IMG/VR virus record: IMGVR_UViG_2737471833_000002
Source: a virus
Lineage: Duplodnaviria; Heunggongvirae; Uroviricota; Caudoviricetes
Direction: 5' to 3' (one strand)
DNA: 64,000 nucleotides
The number at the start of each line of letters is the position of its first letter. The first letter of the stretch is position 1. A program made the position numbers and the translations under genes. Of this stretch, positions 19,657-29,765 are shown in pieces. The notes under the pieces are model-generated. The model saw only the letters and a program-made list of their open reading frames with translations, was not told where the DNA came from and did not search any database.

Positions 19657-21246
19657 TTACTTAATAAGCAGCGGTACGCCCTGGATACGACGGGCTACGC
19701 CAGTCGGGCAGCAGGCCCAGACTACTTCCCATTTATCGAATTCCGCCTGCGTAACTTTCAGCACATACGGTTCTGTACCGTCAGCATCAGGATCACGAGG
19801 AGCCACCAGAGCGCCGGAGGCGACAAAGCGATCCAAAAGTTTGGTCATCCCTTTAGTCAGACCAGCGGCAGTAATACCGTCAGGGCTATGCTTCATCTGG
19901 CGGGCTAACTGGACAAAGAAACGGCTGATTGCATTCATCAGGGATGGGACGTGCTGGAAGTGCAGATAGTTATCCTGCGTGCAGCAAGTTAAAGCATCGT
20001 CGATGATCATCTGGCCAGAGGTGCCAACAGATACTTTATTGAGGCGGCCCTTAACCATTGCTTCTTCGTCCGGGGTATCTTCCGGATACAGCGGTTGAAT
20101 TGACGCACGAGCAATGACGGCACGTTCTTCACCAGCCGGTGAGTAATGCCAACCGCCGACATCAGAGTTTTTCTTGACGCCACGAGCTTTCGCCGCATAC
20201 GCCGAGCCAGACAGACCGAAGACCACACGGGATTGGGTCCATTTGTCTTTGCAGGAGAACGGGAAGTGATAGACAGCACAGCTTACATAATCGGTACCAA
20301 GTAAACCGGTATCTTCAACAGCAGAGATCGCTTCCGTGTACGTCAATGTCGGTTTGACATCAAAGAAGCCATCAATCAGGCGATCTGCACAGATTTTACC
20401 TAATGCGGTGATAGCCGCATTGTCATAGCAGCCCAAGCCAAGAACAGCGGTGTACATGTACGGCGCATTGTTCAGCACTTTCACCGCACGCAGGTACGCA
20501 GCGGTTGAGATTTTCGACTGATCACCGTTGGTACCACCAGTGAACGCCAACGATTTTTTGTTTGTTACTTTCGCTGTAGAAATCAGATCTTCATTAACAA
20601 CCGCGCGCAGATATTTAGAACGGGCTTCCAGAGCCGTAGGCAGATAACACAAGCGGCCCATGTCATCTTTCGCTTCTTCCGCCAAAGACACAGTGTGTGT
20701 CTCCAGGGTCGTTACCACACCGAGCGAAGTCGTCTGGGTCAGTTTTAAGAGGAAGCGTTCATTACCCGCGCTGTCCGCTGTTGCCGTTTCGATGGTTAAC
20801 TCACGGGTAGGTGAAATACACGGATCACCATCATCAACGTAGATAGCAAAGGCTTCGCCGCTATCAAGTTCAATTTCAGAACCATATGGCAACGCACTGT
20901 AAGCCGGTTCGCCTGATTCATCGAACATAATAATCGGGAACTTCGCATCATCCGGAACAGCACGGACAACATAACCAGACGTTTGCTGAATAGCTTCGTA
21001 CACATGGCGAATTGGTTCGAACTGTGAGCCGGAAGACGGCTTCAGCGGTTCGCCGAGAACATCTTCGTAATTGGACTCAGTAACCGCAAGAACAGTAAAC
21101 GGCTTGCCACGCGCAAATACGCCAATACCAGCCCACAAGCTGCTATTTAATGCAACACCGGTAGATAACGTAGCATCGGCATTGATCGGGCTAACCGCGA
21201 CGCCGGATGCATTACCTAATGACTGTTGAATTGAATATTGAGACAT
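19657..21246 (-). CDS. contractile tail sheath protein
   Basis: 529 aa; N-terminal pattern GVAVSPINA...AGIGVFARGKPFTVLAVTESNYEDVLGEP resembles the conserved sheath N-terminus. Confidence 0.6.
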   Translation of the reverse strand: MSQYSIQQSLGNASGVAVSPINADATLSTGVALNSSLWAGIGVFARGKPFTVLAVTESNYEDVLGEPLKPSSGSQFEPIRHVYEAIQQTSGYVVRAVPDDAKFPIIMFDESGEPAYSALPYGSEIELDSGEAFAIYVDDGDPCISPTRELTIETATADSAGNERFLLKLTQTTSLGVVTTLETHTVSLAEEAKDDMGRLCYLPTALEARSKYLRAVVNEDLISTAKVTNKKSLAFTGGTNGDQSKISTAAYLRAVKVLNNAPYMYTAVLGLGCYDNAAITALGKICADRLIDGFFDVKPTLTYTEAISAVEDTGLLGTDYVSCAVYHFPFSCKDKWTQSRVVFGLSGSAYAAKARGVKKNSDVGGWHYSPAGEERAVIARASIQPLYPEDTPDEEAMVKGRLNKVSVGTSGQMIIDDALTCCTQDNYLHFQHVPSLMNAISRFFVQLARQMKHSPDGITAAGLTKGMTKLLDRFVASGALVAPRDPDADGTEPYVLKVTQAEFDKWEVVWACCPTGVARRIQGVPLLIK

Positions 21247-21306
21247 AACTTTCCCTGTTATGCGCCCCGCACGGGGGCGCTATGTTAAACGGAGAACTTC
21301 CCCTGA

Positions 21307-23013
21307 TTACTCAGAGTCACCGGCATCAATCGTGTCGCCGCTTATGAAGTTAAGCCCGCCTTTTTTGGCCATTGTCAGCGTTACACGAGTGAAGTAATCA
21401 GCGCCGTTGCGTGGGTGCATATCGTTGATAGCCGAACCCCACAGTGTGGTACGGTTGACCAGCGCCGGAGTGGTCGGATGCTGGAACGGGATAGCCGGGA
21501 CAGCATCACCAGTCACGAATCCTGCTTTACCCGGATTTTCATCACGGACGTAGCACAGCACATCCATCGAGCTGAACTGAATGTTCTCTGTCGTTAAGTT
21601 CTTACAAATACCAGCAGGTACTTCGTACACTTTCACGTTACCGAACAGGGTACCGATGTAGTGAACATACGGAGTCTGGATATAGTCTTCGGCTGGCTGG
21701 AAGAAATCCTTCGGCAACTGTTTGAAGAAAGATGCTGCATCAGCACCAGCAAACATCCCCATCGCACCAGAAGATTTAACGCGCTCAATAATGTCGCGAT
21801 ATACAGTCTGGAATTTGCCACGAATGATGGTTGCCCATACATCAAAGGACTGGTTAACCGGCAGAGCGATGTCAAAGGTGTCGGTCGCAAGAGTACGCCA
21901 GATCATGATGCGAAGACGCAGCATATCCTGTTCATGAGACAGGTATTCCTTCAGGGTGCGGAACTGTAGGGAACCCAGGTCCAGACCAAATTCACGCTGT
22001 GCTTCATACGCCGCCTGTACCGTGTGCTCAGCCGCGATAACGAACTGGCTTGGGAACAGGGTGTATTTCTTCATTTCGTGGTTGATCAGCGGGATCAGCT
22101 CAGGAGCGGCTTCAATATTGATTTCCGTCTCAATTGCGATCTCAGTGCCTTTATCCGGCGCTTTGGAGAACGACAGGGCAATCTGACCAATGTTGTAGTT
22201 CAGAGAGCAGGTAACAGTGATTTGCTCACCAGCAGCATTAGTAAACGAGTGAAGTAGGCTGCCGGAACCGTTATCAACAACAGACTTAATACGGTTAACG
22301 TAGATGTTAGTGCGACCTTTTCGGATTGGTACATTCTGGCCTTCGAAGTCTTCCATCTTGAAGGTTGCGGTTTTGCTGGTGCCATCGGAGCTTGCCACCA
22401 GCACATAGCGGCGGCGTAACTGGCTGTACACACCGACGGATTGCATGTCCAGAACATCACCAGCAGCATAAGAACCAAAAGAGGAACCTGCCACGTTAAA
22501 GACTTCATAGATGTCGGACTGGTCACGCGTAACCGGAATGAAGGTACACGCATCAGCGGTAGCTGCCCCCAACTGAACAGGCAGGATCATCGCGAGGAAT
22601 AAAGGCAGACGCATAACACCGTCAGAAACGCTCATCATCTCTGCTGCGACGGATTCCAGCATCGCTTTATTAGTGGCATCCATGCTATTGCGGGTGGACT
22701 CAATCAGGCAGTTTTCCAGCGTCTGGTGGCAGGAGGCCAGAATTTCCGGACGCGGCATAGATTTATGTGCTGCGGCGTAGTCAGCCAGTGCACTTGCCCA
22801 CGCTGTAGCGATTTGAGCGGTGGCATTATCAGAGATACCCGCAAAAACCGGGTCTTTACGTGCAGCTTCAAGGATAGATGCGGCACGCGCGGCATCATCT
22901 TTAATGAATTGGTTATCAGTACCGAACTGCGCAGTGCTTGCCCAGCCAAGCACAGCTTTAGAGCGTTTTGCGATATCTGCAATACGATTCTGGTATTCGC
23001 GTAAGTTACTCAA
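21307..23013 (-). CDS. major capsid (head) protein
   Basis: 568-575 aa ORF upstream of the sheath gene, next to parS as in P1; probable TTG start at 23013 with RBS AAGGAAG (track ORF extends to TTG 23034). Confidence 0.5.
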   Translation of the reverse strand: MSNLREYQNRIADIAKRSKAVLGWASTAQFGTDNQFIKDDAARAASILEAARKDPVFAGISDNATAQIATAWASALADYAAAHKSMPRPEILASCHQTLENCLIESTRNSMDATNKAMLESVAAEMMSVSDGVMRLPLFLAMILPVQLGAATADACTFIPVTRDQSDIYEVFNVAGSSFGSYAAGDVLDMQSVGVYSQLRRRYVLVASSDGTSKTATFKMEDFEGQNVPIRKGRTNIYVNRIKSVVDNGSGSLLHSFTNAAGEQITVTCSLNYNIGQIALSFSKAPDKGTEIAIETEINIEAAPELIPLINHEMKKYTLFPSQFVIAAEHTVQAAYEAQREFGLDLGSLQFRTLKEYLSHEQDMLRLRIMIWRTLATDTFDIALPVNQSFDVWATIIRGKFQTVYRDIIERVKSSGAMGMFAGADAASFFKQLPKDFFQPAEDYIQTPYVHYIGTLFGNVKVYEVPAGICKNLTTENIQFSSMDVLCYVRDENPGKAGFVTGDAVPAIPFQHPTTPALVNRTTLWGSAINDMHPRNGADYFTRVTLTMAKKGGLNFISGDTIDAGDSE

Positions 23014-23148
23014 TTTACTCTTCCTTAAACACAAGGCACTTGTGTGAATCCCTTTTCGGAAGAGATTTTATTGAAAGTCACTTGTTGACTTTCTCGTGAC
23101 AAGCAATTTTTTTATTTTTTTCGGGAGTAGGGGCGGAAGGTAAAATCC

Positions 23149-23238
23149 AAGGTGAAATCGTGGCGATTTCACCTTGAAATTTTAGATGGATTTACTTTAA
23201 AAACAGTAGGTTAATAGTGAAATTTGAATGGCGAAAGT
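23149..23238. other. parS: parS partition site (P1-type centromere)
   Basis: Heptamer box A (ATTTCAC/GTGAAAT at about 23152, 23166, 23217) and hexamer box B (TCGCCA/TGGCGA at about 23161, 23229) around an AT-rich core; reverse complement closely matches the P1 parS I remember. Confidence 0.7.
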
Positions 23239-24240
23239 TTAAGGCTTCGGCTTTTTATCGAGGCTCTTTCTAAGGATATGCCCAATCATCCTGTCGAGTT
23301 CTTCCTGTAGCTCTTTTGAAAGTCGATTAAACTCATAAGAAAATGCACGGCCTTTCACGCGCTTCCTTGCAAAGCGATCCTTGTCCTCAAATTTCCATAA
23401 TTCAGTAACTACGGACTTATCTTTAGAACCTTTATCCGTGAGTAGTGAGGCTTCCTTTGTTATCAAGCGCAGGATTTTATTTTTAACTTCATCTTCGGCC
23501 ATTTCTTCAATGGATAAGATGTCGTTTATTTCCGGGGATATGTTTTGAATAAGCTGATCAAACTCTAAATTCTTGTTCCCCATTTCGTCGCCAACAGCAC
23601 AAAGCGTTTTGTAGTCCGAAAAGGTTAATTCCGACTGCACAGGGAAAAGGGCGACTAATTCTTCCGGAGCACTCGCTGCCTGGAGAGCACGCGTGACCTT
23701 CGCCTGAGACAGCCCTTCTTTGGCTGCAATATCCTTCTGACTCATCCCATCATTTTTCATTCGCATCAAACGCAGACCTATTTCTCGAATGCTGTGCTGC
23801 AATGCTGTCTGAACGTCTTTCGCTAAATTTTGCGCTTCCTGAACGCTGATCTCCTGGTCCGTGACTAAAACCCGCAACCCTACGTTCTCTAAGATGGCAG
23901 AAGCTCGACGCCGGGAACCATCCAAAATTTCAATTTTCCCTGTAGCCCGTCTAACACCTATTGCAGGGTAAAATTGCTGATGCTTAATAGTGCTTCGGAT
24001 ACTTTTTAATGATTTTGGCGTAAGAGATGCCTGGTCACGCCCGTTGTTATGCTGATCAACAAAGGTATCGCTTTCTACCTGGTTCGGAGGTATTACCTCT
24101 TCAATAAATGTGGCCTGGCGACCAGTTGATAACTTGAATACCTGCTCGACTCGATCGCCAGAGGCTGAAGAACTATCAAATCCGCTTAATATTGAAGGAT
24201 TAAGGGTTCGCCCAATTGTTGGTCTGTTTTTCTTTGACAT
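23239..24240 (-). CDS. parB: partition protein ParB
   Basis: 333 aa (P1 ParB size), HTH segment, immediately upstream of parS and downstream of parA. Confidence 0.85.
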   Translation of the reverse strand: MSKKNRPTIGRTLNPSILSGFDSSSASGDRVEQVFKLSTGRQATFIEEVIPPNQVESDTFVDQHNNGRDQASLTPKSLKSIRSTIKHQQFYPAIGVRRATGKIEILDGSRRRASAILENVGLRVLVTDQEISVQEAQNLAKDVQTALQHSIREIGLRLMRMKNDGMSQKDIAAKEGLSQAKVTRALQAASAPEELVALFPVQSELTFSDYKTLCAVGDEMGNKNLEFDQLIQNISPEINDILSIEEMAEDEVKNKILRLITKEASLLTDKGSKDKSVVTELWKFEDKDRFARKRVKGRAFSYEFNRLSKELQEELDRMIGHILRKSLDKKPKP

Positions 24241-24256
24241 GGGGGTTTCTTACTCC

Positions 24257-25453
24257 TCAGTTAGATCTGATAAATTCAATACGGTCAAAAACTGCTTTAG
24301 CAAAATCTTCCGCGGCAATTCGCGCGTTCTTCAATGCATCAGCACTACCAACATACGTTGCCGGGTTAGCTGAAATAACAGTGTCAAAAGACTCGCCGCA
24401 GCGTTCAAAACCGTCAAGGCGAGGGAGGACGACATCAAGCATATCCCCACCGAACACTTCTTTAGCCAGGCTATGGCAATACTTATGGTCTGCCTTGTTA
24501 CTCAACTTGGACATAAAACCAATGTTAGTCGCAAGCTGGCACTCGCAGCCTTCATCCGAAATGAGTTTCACCAACTCAGGAAGGCGGGCAACGTATTTAA
24601 GCGATGAGTGGAAATCAACCGTTGCAGGCGGCAGAGGTGTAAACAGTATATTGGCCGAGGCCAAAGCATTTTTCAGGAAGGCGTCAAGGTGAGGACCACT
24701 ATCAACGAGGATAAAGTCATAATCGCTCTTCAGCTTATCAATCACATTTTCTTTCAGGACAGCATGGATGTTCTGACCCGGTAGATGCTCATTGCACAGC
24801 TCTCTCCAATCGGATGCAATAAAGGCATCGTCAATCGACGCAGGCATAACGTCAACCCCAGGTACAACAGAAGGAACAATAAACTCCTCTAACAGCTCTT
24901 CACGGCTTACATTCTGCAACATAGCCTGTGCAGATGTTGCGTTTACGATACCAATAGAGTGTTTATGGCTTAAAAACATCGTTGCTGAAGATTGCGGATC
25001 AAGGTCAATAACCAGAATCCTTAAATCTTCCATCAGAAGATGAGGGTGAGCACGCATTGCATGCGCCAGAGAAACCGTCGATACAGTTTTTGACACACCG
25101 CCTTTAAGATTGGAGATGAAAATCACATACGCTTCGCTGTAGCGATCCCGGTATTTTGGCACTCCGCGATGTTCATATATGTCAATGATGTTCTGAATTG
25201 ACATCGCATATTTCATTGAAGAGCCAGCAGGGCGTTTATCGAAAACATAACCCTTTTCTTCCATTTCACTCACGGCATAGTCAACGTTCGCTCGAGTCAG
25301 TAGAGGCAATTTTGCCAGTGCCGCTTTCGCATAGACCTGGTAAAACTCGTTCGCGTGTAGCTCATCCTTTTGCAACTGTACTTGTTCAGTCAGAACATTG
25401 AGCATTCTGTTTGCTCTTTGAGCAACCTTGTGAAGCTGGCTGGAATCACTCAT
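24257..25453 (-). CDS. parA: partition ATPase ParA (type Ia, with N-terminal regulatory extension)
   Basis: 398 aa; deviant Walker A KGGVSKT. Confidence 0.9.
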   Translation of the reverse strand: MSDSSQLHKVAQRANRMLNVLTEQVQLQKDELHANEFYQVYAKAALAKLPLLTRANVDYAVSEMEEKGYVFDKRPAGSSMKYAMSIQNIIDIYEHRGVPKYRDRYSEAYVIFISNLKGGVSKTVSTVSLAHAMRAHPHLLMEDLRILVIDLDPQSSATMFLSHKHSIGIVNATSAQAMLQNVSREELLEEFIVPSVVPGVDVMPASIDDAFIASDWRELCNEHLPGQNIHAVLKENVIDKLKSDYDFILVDSGPHLDAFLKNALASANILFTPLPPATVDFHSSLKYVARLPELVKLISDEGCECQLATNIGFMSKLSNKADHKYCHSLAKEVFGGDMLDVVLPRLDGFERCGESFDTVISANPATYVGSADALKNARIAAEDFAKAVFDRIEFIRSN

Positions 25454-25621
25454 CGAAAGCCATCCTTTATGCTGTATTTTTGAATTTAATTAAAAATGCT
25501 GCATAAAATAATAATGTATGCACAGATGCTTGTACATAGCATTCTCTGCATGTTTGGTTCATTTTGCACGATTGAGAGTTACAAGGAGGGCACAAAAAAG
25601 CCCCGTTCAGGGGCATCAGTG

Positions 25622-26431
25622 TTATTTGCTAAGAGCAGCGAATAATCGTTCGAAATCGATAGTATCTATAGCACGCGTAAGCGCCGGAAGTTCAGCCTCA
25701 AAGTACCCGTGTCGATCGTAAAAGAAGGGACCGAAGAGCGAGGCATGTTGGATTCTACTTCGCCCCAGCCCGGACACACAGTTAAGCCCATTACCGGCTA
25801 AAAGGCTAAAAAACTTCTCTGGATTATCGTGGTAAAGCTGGGAATCAATGGTGGCGGTTAACTCTTCCATAGGGAAGCACACCCGCCTTGTCTCCCAGGA
25901 ATATTTAGTCCGAAGCATAAACATTGCTTTCAGCAATTCACATTGAGCGCGGATCGCGTCCGGTTCATAGCCAGATATGGAGACATAAGCCACGTCCCTC
26001 ATTCCTGCGTCATCTTTGAAAGTCACGATAGAAGTAACATCCAGCTCTTTTTCGAAAGAGCGGGCAGCATCTACTGGACGCTGAAGTAAATCATTCGACT
26101 TAATGCGCTCGAGAATCCCTCCCCACATATCATTTAGATATTCGATATGAGCCAAAACCTTATCAAGACACTCTCGTGTAAACCATTCAGTATGCCCGCC
26201 ACCAGCGCTTTTCTCCCACGGCGCATTCCAGGGGAAAAAGGTTGCGTGTAAAGCCCGCTCAAGATTAACTATTGCCAAACGCGTACCACGATAGACCCGT
26301 GAAAGCGCAAAATCGGGACTCACTTGTAGCCCTTTAAACCGTGCCAATGGACCACATGAAATGCCGATTTTAAAAGTATCTCCATTCTCCGGCACCAGAA
26401 CGTAGAGGTAGTGTTGTTTCTCTTCTTGCAT
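25622..26431 (-). CDS. T5orf172-domain (GIY-YIG-like) protein
   Basis: N-terminal YLYVLVPENGDTFKIGIS...LERALHATF...GGGHTEWF pattern; sits between the incA-like iterons and parA. Confidence 0.6.
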   Translation of the reverse strand: MQEEKQHYLYVLVPENGDTFKIGISCGPLARFKGLQVSPDFALSRVYRGTRLAIVNLERALHATFFPWNAPWEKSAGGGHTEWFTRECLDKVLAHIEYLNDMWGGILERIKSNDLLQRPVDAARSFEKELDVTSIVTFKDDAGMRDVAYVSISGYEPDAIRAQCELLKAMFMLRTKYSWETRRVCFPMEELTATIDSQLYHDNPEKFFSLLAGNGLNCVSGLGRSRIQHASLFGPFFYDRHGYFEAELPALTRAIDTIDFERLFAALSK

Positions 26432-26465
26432 ATCAATACCACTGCTTGATGAGAACCGCGCAAAT

Positions 26466-26723
26466 GTTGACTATGCGCGAAAGTTAATGTGAATAGTTGA
26501 CTATGCGCGATGTGACTACAGTCAAAAGTTGACTGTAGTCGATTTAACTCCACCAAAGATCGACTATGTAAGATATTGTCGGGAGAAACGTTGACTATAC
26601 GCGATGAAATGACCCTAAAAGCCATCTCAATAGCGACTTGCAGAATATTGACGCCAGCAAAAATCCACCAGCGTCAACGAATGTCGCCTATAGTCAACTT
26701 CTCGCTATCGCATATAGTCAATA
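26466..26723. repeat. incA-like iteron array downstream of repA
   Basis: Seven or more copies of the GTTGACTATGCGCGA-type iteron in both orientations, including a palindromic pair at about 26511-26542. Confidence 0.6.
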
Positions 26724-27608
26724 TTATGGATTGCGCTTATGGATCTGGAAGCCGATTTTCCTGCCGTTTTTTATTTCTGAAAATTTAAGATATTCAATAG
26801 CTTCCAAATCTTTCATGGCTTTTCTGATAACGCTATTTTGCACGCTAACGGATGATTTGAGATTAAGCCTTGCTCTAAGGCGCTCAATGCTGACAGGTGC
26901 CGGGTTGGCGGGTAGAGCCTCAAAGAATGTATACAGTACCTTGGCCGTCTCTTTGCGCCCGAGCTTATCCAGCATCTTCAGCTTCAGGATTCGCTTATAG
27001 TCAACATAGTAAAGTTCAGATAGCTGTTTCTGCGGCTGGATCTCGATAACATCAAGCTCGGTATTCAGGCTGCTATATGCCAACAAGTTGACGTTAATGT
27101 TATTGAGATGACCTTTTGCCGCCGGGAAGCGGAATTTGACAACTGTCTGCTGAATGCGTGTCAGAGAGTCATCAATACTTTTACGGAACGCCTTTGAAAG
27201 GCGCTTACGTGGATAGCCGCATCGATCGGCAAACTCGGAGAATGGCAGGGTGATTATGCCGTCATCATCAGGTGCGTAGTCAAACAACGCGGAGGTTATG
27301 CCCACCCACACCTTAAAATCAGTATCCATATCCAGGCGTGGGCCATGAATTTCAATTCCCTCATAGCCTTCCTGCTCAACAATTTTAAGGCTTGATAGTT
27401 CTTCGGTTGCGTTCGTTGTGTTTGTAGTAACTGACGATCCGCGACGTAGTGCCACATTGGTAGATTTTAAGGTTGGCACAAACACACCTAAGCGCAACAA
27501 AGCGATAGGTTGTATAGTGCTGTTGTTATTGGGCTTCAGGCTGTGGATTTCTCCTGTATTTCCTGCAACTTCTTCAACGCTAAGGAAGCCTTTACTTTCT
27601 TCCGGCAT
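26724..27608 (-). CDS. repA: plasmid replication initiator RepA (P1 RepA family, diverged)
   Basis: 294 aa; TIQPIALLRLGVFVP and GPRLDMDTDFKVWVG resemble P1 RepA; flanked by iterons on both sides. Confidence 0.85.
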   Translation of the reverse strand: MPEESKGFLSVEEVAGNTGEIHSLKPNNNSTIQPIALLRLGVFVPTLKSTNVALRRGSSVTTNTTNATEELSSLKIVEQEGYEGIEIHGPRLDMDTDFKVWVGITSALFDYAPDDDGIITLPFSEFADRCGYPRKRLSKAFRKSIDDSLTRIQQTVVKFRFPAAKGHLNNINVNLLAYSSLNTELDVIEIQPQKQLSELYYVDYKRILKLKMLDKLGRKETAKVLYTFFEALPANPAPVSIERLRARLNLKSSVSVQNSVIRKAMKDLEAIEYLKFSEIKNGRKIGFQIHKRNP

Positions 27609-27686
27609 CGTGGTTTCTCCATGTGTGGCGCGGCCTGGCGTTAATTTAGATGACTGTTATCAACAGCTGTGAATATTCAGGCTCTA

Positions 27687-27789
27687 AAATCGCGTACAGT
27701 CAACGTTTCTGTCGCGTATAGTCAACAATAAATCGCGTGCAGTCAACATAAAATCGCACACAGTCAACATAAAATCGCGTATAGTCAAT
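27687..27789. repeat. incC-like iterons upstream of repA (five direct repeats at 21-22 bp spacing)
   Basis: AATCGCGTACAGTCAAC and four variants starting at about 27690, 27712, 27733, 27754, 27775. Confidence 0.65.
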
Positions 27790-27905
27790 GTTGATCCCGT
27801 TTCAGGCCATGAACGGCGCGGCTTACAGCGATCCGGGATCTTCTTTGGATCTTCCTAGGTTCTCTTTGGGATCTGTTTATTGGATCTATGCTGTGGATAA
27901 GTTGA
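27790..27905. other. oriR-like origin core: GATC cluster plus DnaA box
   Basis: Five or six GATC sites within about 90 bp and TGTGGATAA (DnaA box) at about 27892. Confidence 0.5.
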
Positions 27906-27942
27906 ATAAACCGGCCAACATAGCCGGTTGGAAGGAAGGGTA

Positions 27943-28335
27943 TTATTCTACGCTTTCGATAAGAAGACCATGTTCATAACATTTAAGCTCATCGCCTTCG
28001 TACAGGAATTGGTATCCAATACCACCATTTTCATGGACATTAGGGAATAACTCATAACTCACTGAAGAGCAAATCACACCAATGCAGCGATCAACGCCTT
28101 CTCGTTCTTCAGTGCTGAAAAAATCCTCTTCGGTAAGAACATGAGTACATTGCTCATCAGCATAGGTCGGAAATACATGCTCAATGCAATCCGGGTGTTT
28201 TAAACCAAGCTGAGCGGCAAGCTCGAAAGCATGACGGTATTGTTCAGATCCTGGCTTGCCAACAGTGATGTGCTCAATTTTGTAGATTGAAGTCGCTTTG
28301 TTGATAGTTTGCTTAACTGTTACTTTATCAGACAT
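27943..28335 (-). CDS. hypothetical protein (130 aa)
   Basis: ATG with RBS AAGGGA; downstream of the spanin-like pair. Confidence 0.4.
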   Translation of the reverse strand: MSDKVTVKQTINKATSIYKIEHITVGKPGSEQYRHAFELAAQLGLKHPDCIEHVFPTYADEQCTHVLTEEDFFSTEEREGVDRCIGVICSSVSYELFPNVHENGGIGYQFLYEGDELKCYEHGLLIESVE

Positions 28336-28346
28336 AAAAATCCCTT

Positions 28347-28592
28347 TTAGTTACCGCTGATAGCGCGGTTGTAATCATTAACGTTGCGATTCTTCCTGTT
28401 AATCCCCATCAGCATCGTTTCTGTATCGAGGATATACGCTGGCAGATCATCAAAATATTCACTGCTAAACTCCGGCATCCTGCACATAAATGCACTTTTG
28501 GGGGCAGGGTGGTTAACCTTTGTCGGCGTTAAATTCGCTGATCGACTCCCGGAGCAACCGCTGAGTGTCAGCAGGAATGCGCTGGCGAACAT
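28347..28592 (-). CDS. outer-membrane lipoprotein, o-spanin-like
   Basis: MFASAFLLTLSGC lipobox, Pro-rich mature part (about 61 aa); starts inside the upstream gene in another frame; track ORF extends to 28673. Confidence 0.5.
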   Translation of the reverse strand: MFASAFLLTLSGCSGSRSANLTPTKVNHPAPKSAFMCRMPEFSSEYFDDLPAYILDTETMLMGINRKNRNVNDYNRAISGN

Positions 28593-28929
28593 TACCCGCC
28601 GCAACCAGTTGTTTCTGAACTTCAGCTTTTCGTTCCATTTGCCTGTCAGCATACTTGGCTTGCTCTGATTCATTTTTCACTTCCTGGCTGTGAAAATGTT
28701 GCTCTGCTTTGTTCATCGTCTCAATGGTCTGGTTAAGATCCATTATTGACTTATCACGTTCCTTAACAGCCTGATCAAGACTGCCAATTTTCTCTATGGC
28801 TTGCTTTAGCTGATGACGTTCCCATGCAAACCCAGCACCAACAAGTGCGCAAATCAGAACAAGAACACCAGTAGCAGCAAGTTTCTCCTTCAAAGACAAA
28901 GCTGTTTTTAACGTAGAAAAGAATGACAT
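28513..28929 (-). CDS. inner-membrane coiled-coil protein, i-spanin-like
   Basis: ATG at 28929 with strong RBS AGGAGGA; N-terminal transmembrane helix then coiled-coil; overlaps the o-spanin-like gene. Confidence 0.5.
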   Translation of the reverse strand: MSFFSTLKTALSLKEKLAATGVLVLICALVGAGFAWERHQLKQAIEKIGSLDQAVKERDKSIMDLNQTIETMNKAEQHFHSQEVKNESEQAKYADRQMERKAEVQKQLVAAGNVRQRIPADTQRLLRESISEFNADKG

Positions 28930-28968
28930 GTCTTCCTCCTGAAGAAAAATTATCAATGAAGTCCTTTG

Positions 28969-29757
28969 TTACTGTGCCGCTTTGTTTAATTCATCAAGAA
29001 CAGAATCAGGAACCAAAGCAGCAACTGCGCTGGCTGTGCTGGCCTTATTTGCTGATGCTTCCGCAAGCGCGGTACCGATAGCATGGCCATAAGCAGTTAT
29101 GGCTACGTTGGCGCTTTCATTCGCTCGTTCATACTGCTGTTGTAACGCAGTTGTGGGCGCTGTTGTCTGGTTGAAAACAACCCCAAACTGTTCAGTTGCT
29201 ACTTTCAGAGATTCAATTTGCTCTTCTGTTAGTGTTGGTGGGGGAGTGGCAGTGCCGCCGCCTGAACCAGAGCCTGACGAGCTTACTGAGCCAGTGTTAA
29301 GGGTCTGGTTAATCTCCCCCATAGCAGCGACTAAACTTGATGTATTAAGCGCGTTAACAGCGTCCTCAAGCGATTTAGTAATATTCACATCACCAATGGC
29401 AATAGAGATCGGCAGTTCTGAAACTTCTCGCTCATTAGCACGGCAGTAAACATCCCAACCAATATCGAGTTGAAGCAGCATTGACAGATCTGCATAACCA
29501 GCCAACAGGTCCGCGTGCTTAGTTGCCAGTTCTCCAATGTTCGTTAAGCCGGTTGTGGTTGTTCTTATCGTTGAAACATAGCAGGTAATAGTGTCGGGAT
29601 AGACAATTGTATCCAGAATTAATCCGGTCAATTCTTCTGCAAGCAGTTTTGCTGTGTTAGCACAGTTTCGTGCCGATGTTATGGCACCAGGTGTTTTCAT
29701 CCCACCGGCGGCGGCCAATTTTTTATATGCGGATAACTGGTAGTCTTTTTCCAGCAT
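28969..29757 (-). CDS. hypothetical protein with Gly/Ser linker
   Basis: ATG at 29757 with RBS AGGAGA (track ORF extends to 29814); SSSGSGSGGG linker between two domains; no lysozyme motifs seen. Confidence 0.4.
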   Translation of the reverse strand: MLEKDYQLSAYKKLAAAGGMKTPGAITSARNCANTAKLLAEELTGLILDTIVYPDTITCYVSTIRTTTTGLTNIGELATKHADLLAGYADLSMLLQLDIGWDVYCRANEREVSELPISIAIGDVNITKSLEDAVNALNTSSLVAAMGEINQTLNTGSVSSSGSGSGGGTATPPPTLTEEQIESLKVATEQFGVVFNQTTAPTTALQQQYERANESANVAITAYGHAIGTALAEASANKASTASAVAALVPDSVLDELNKAAQ

Positions 29758-29765
29758 GATATCTC

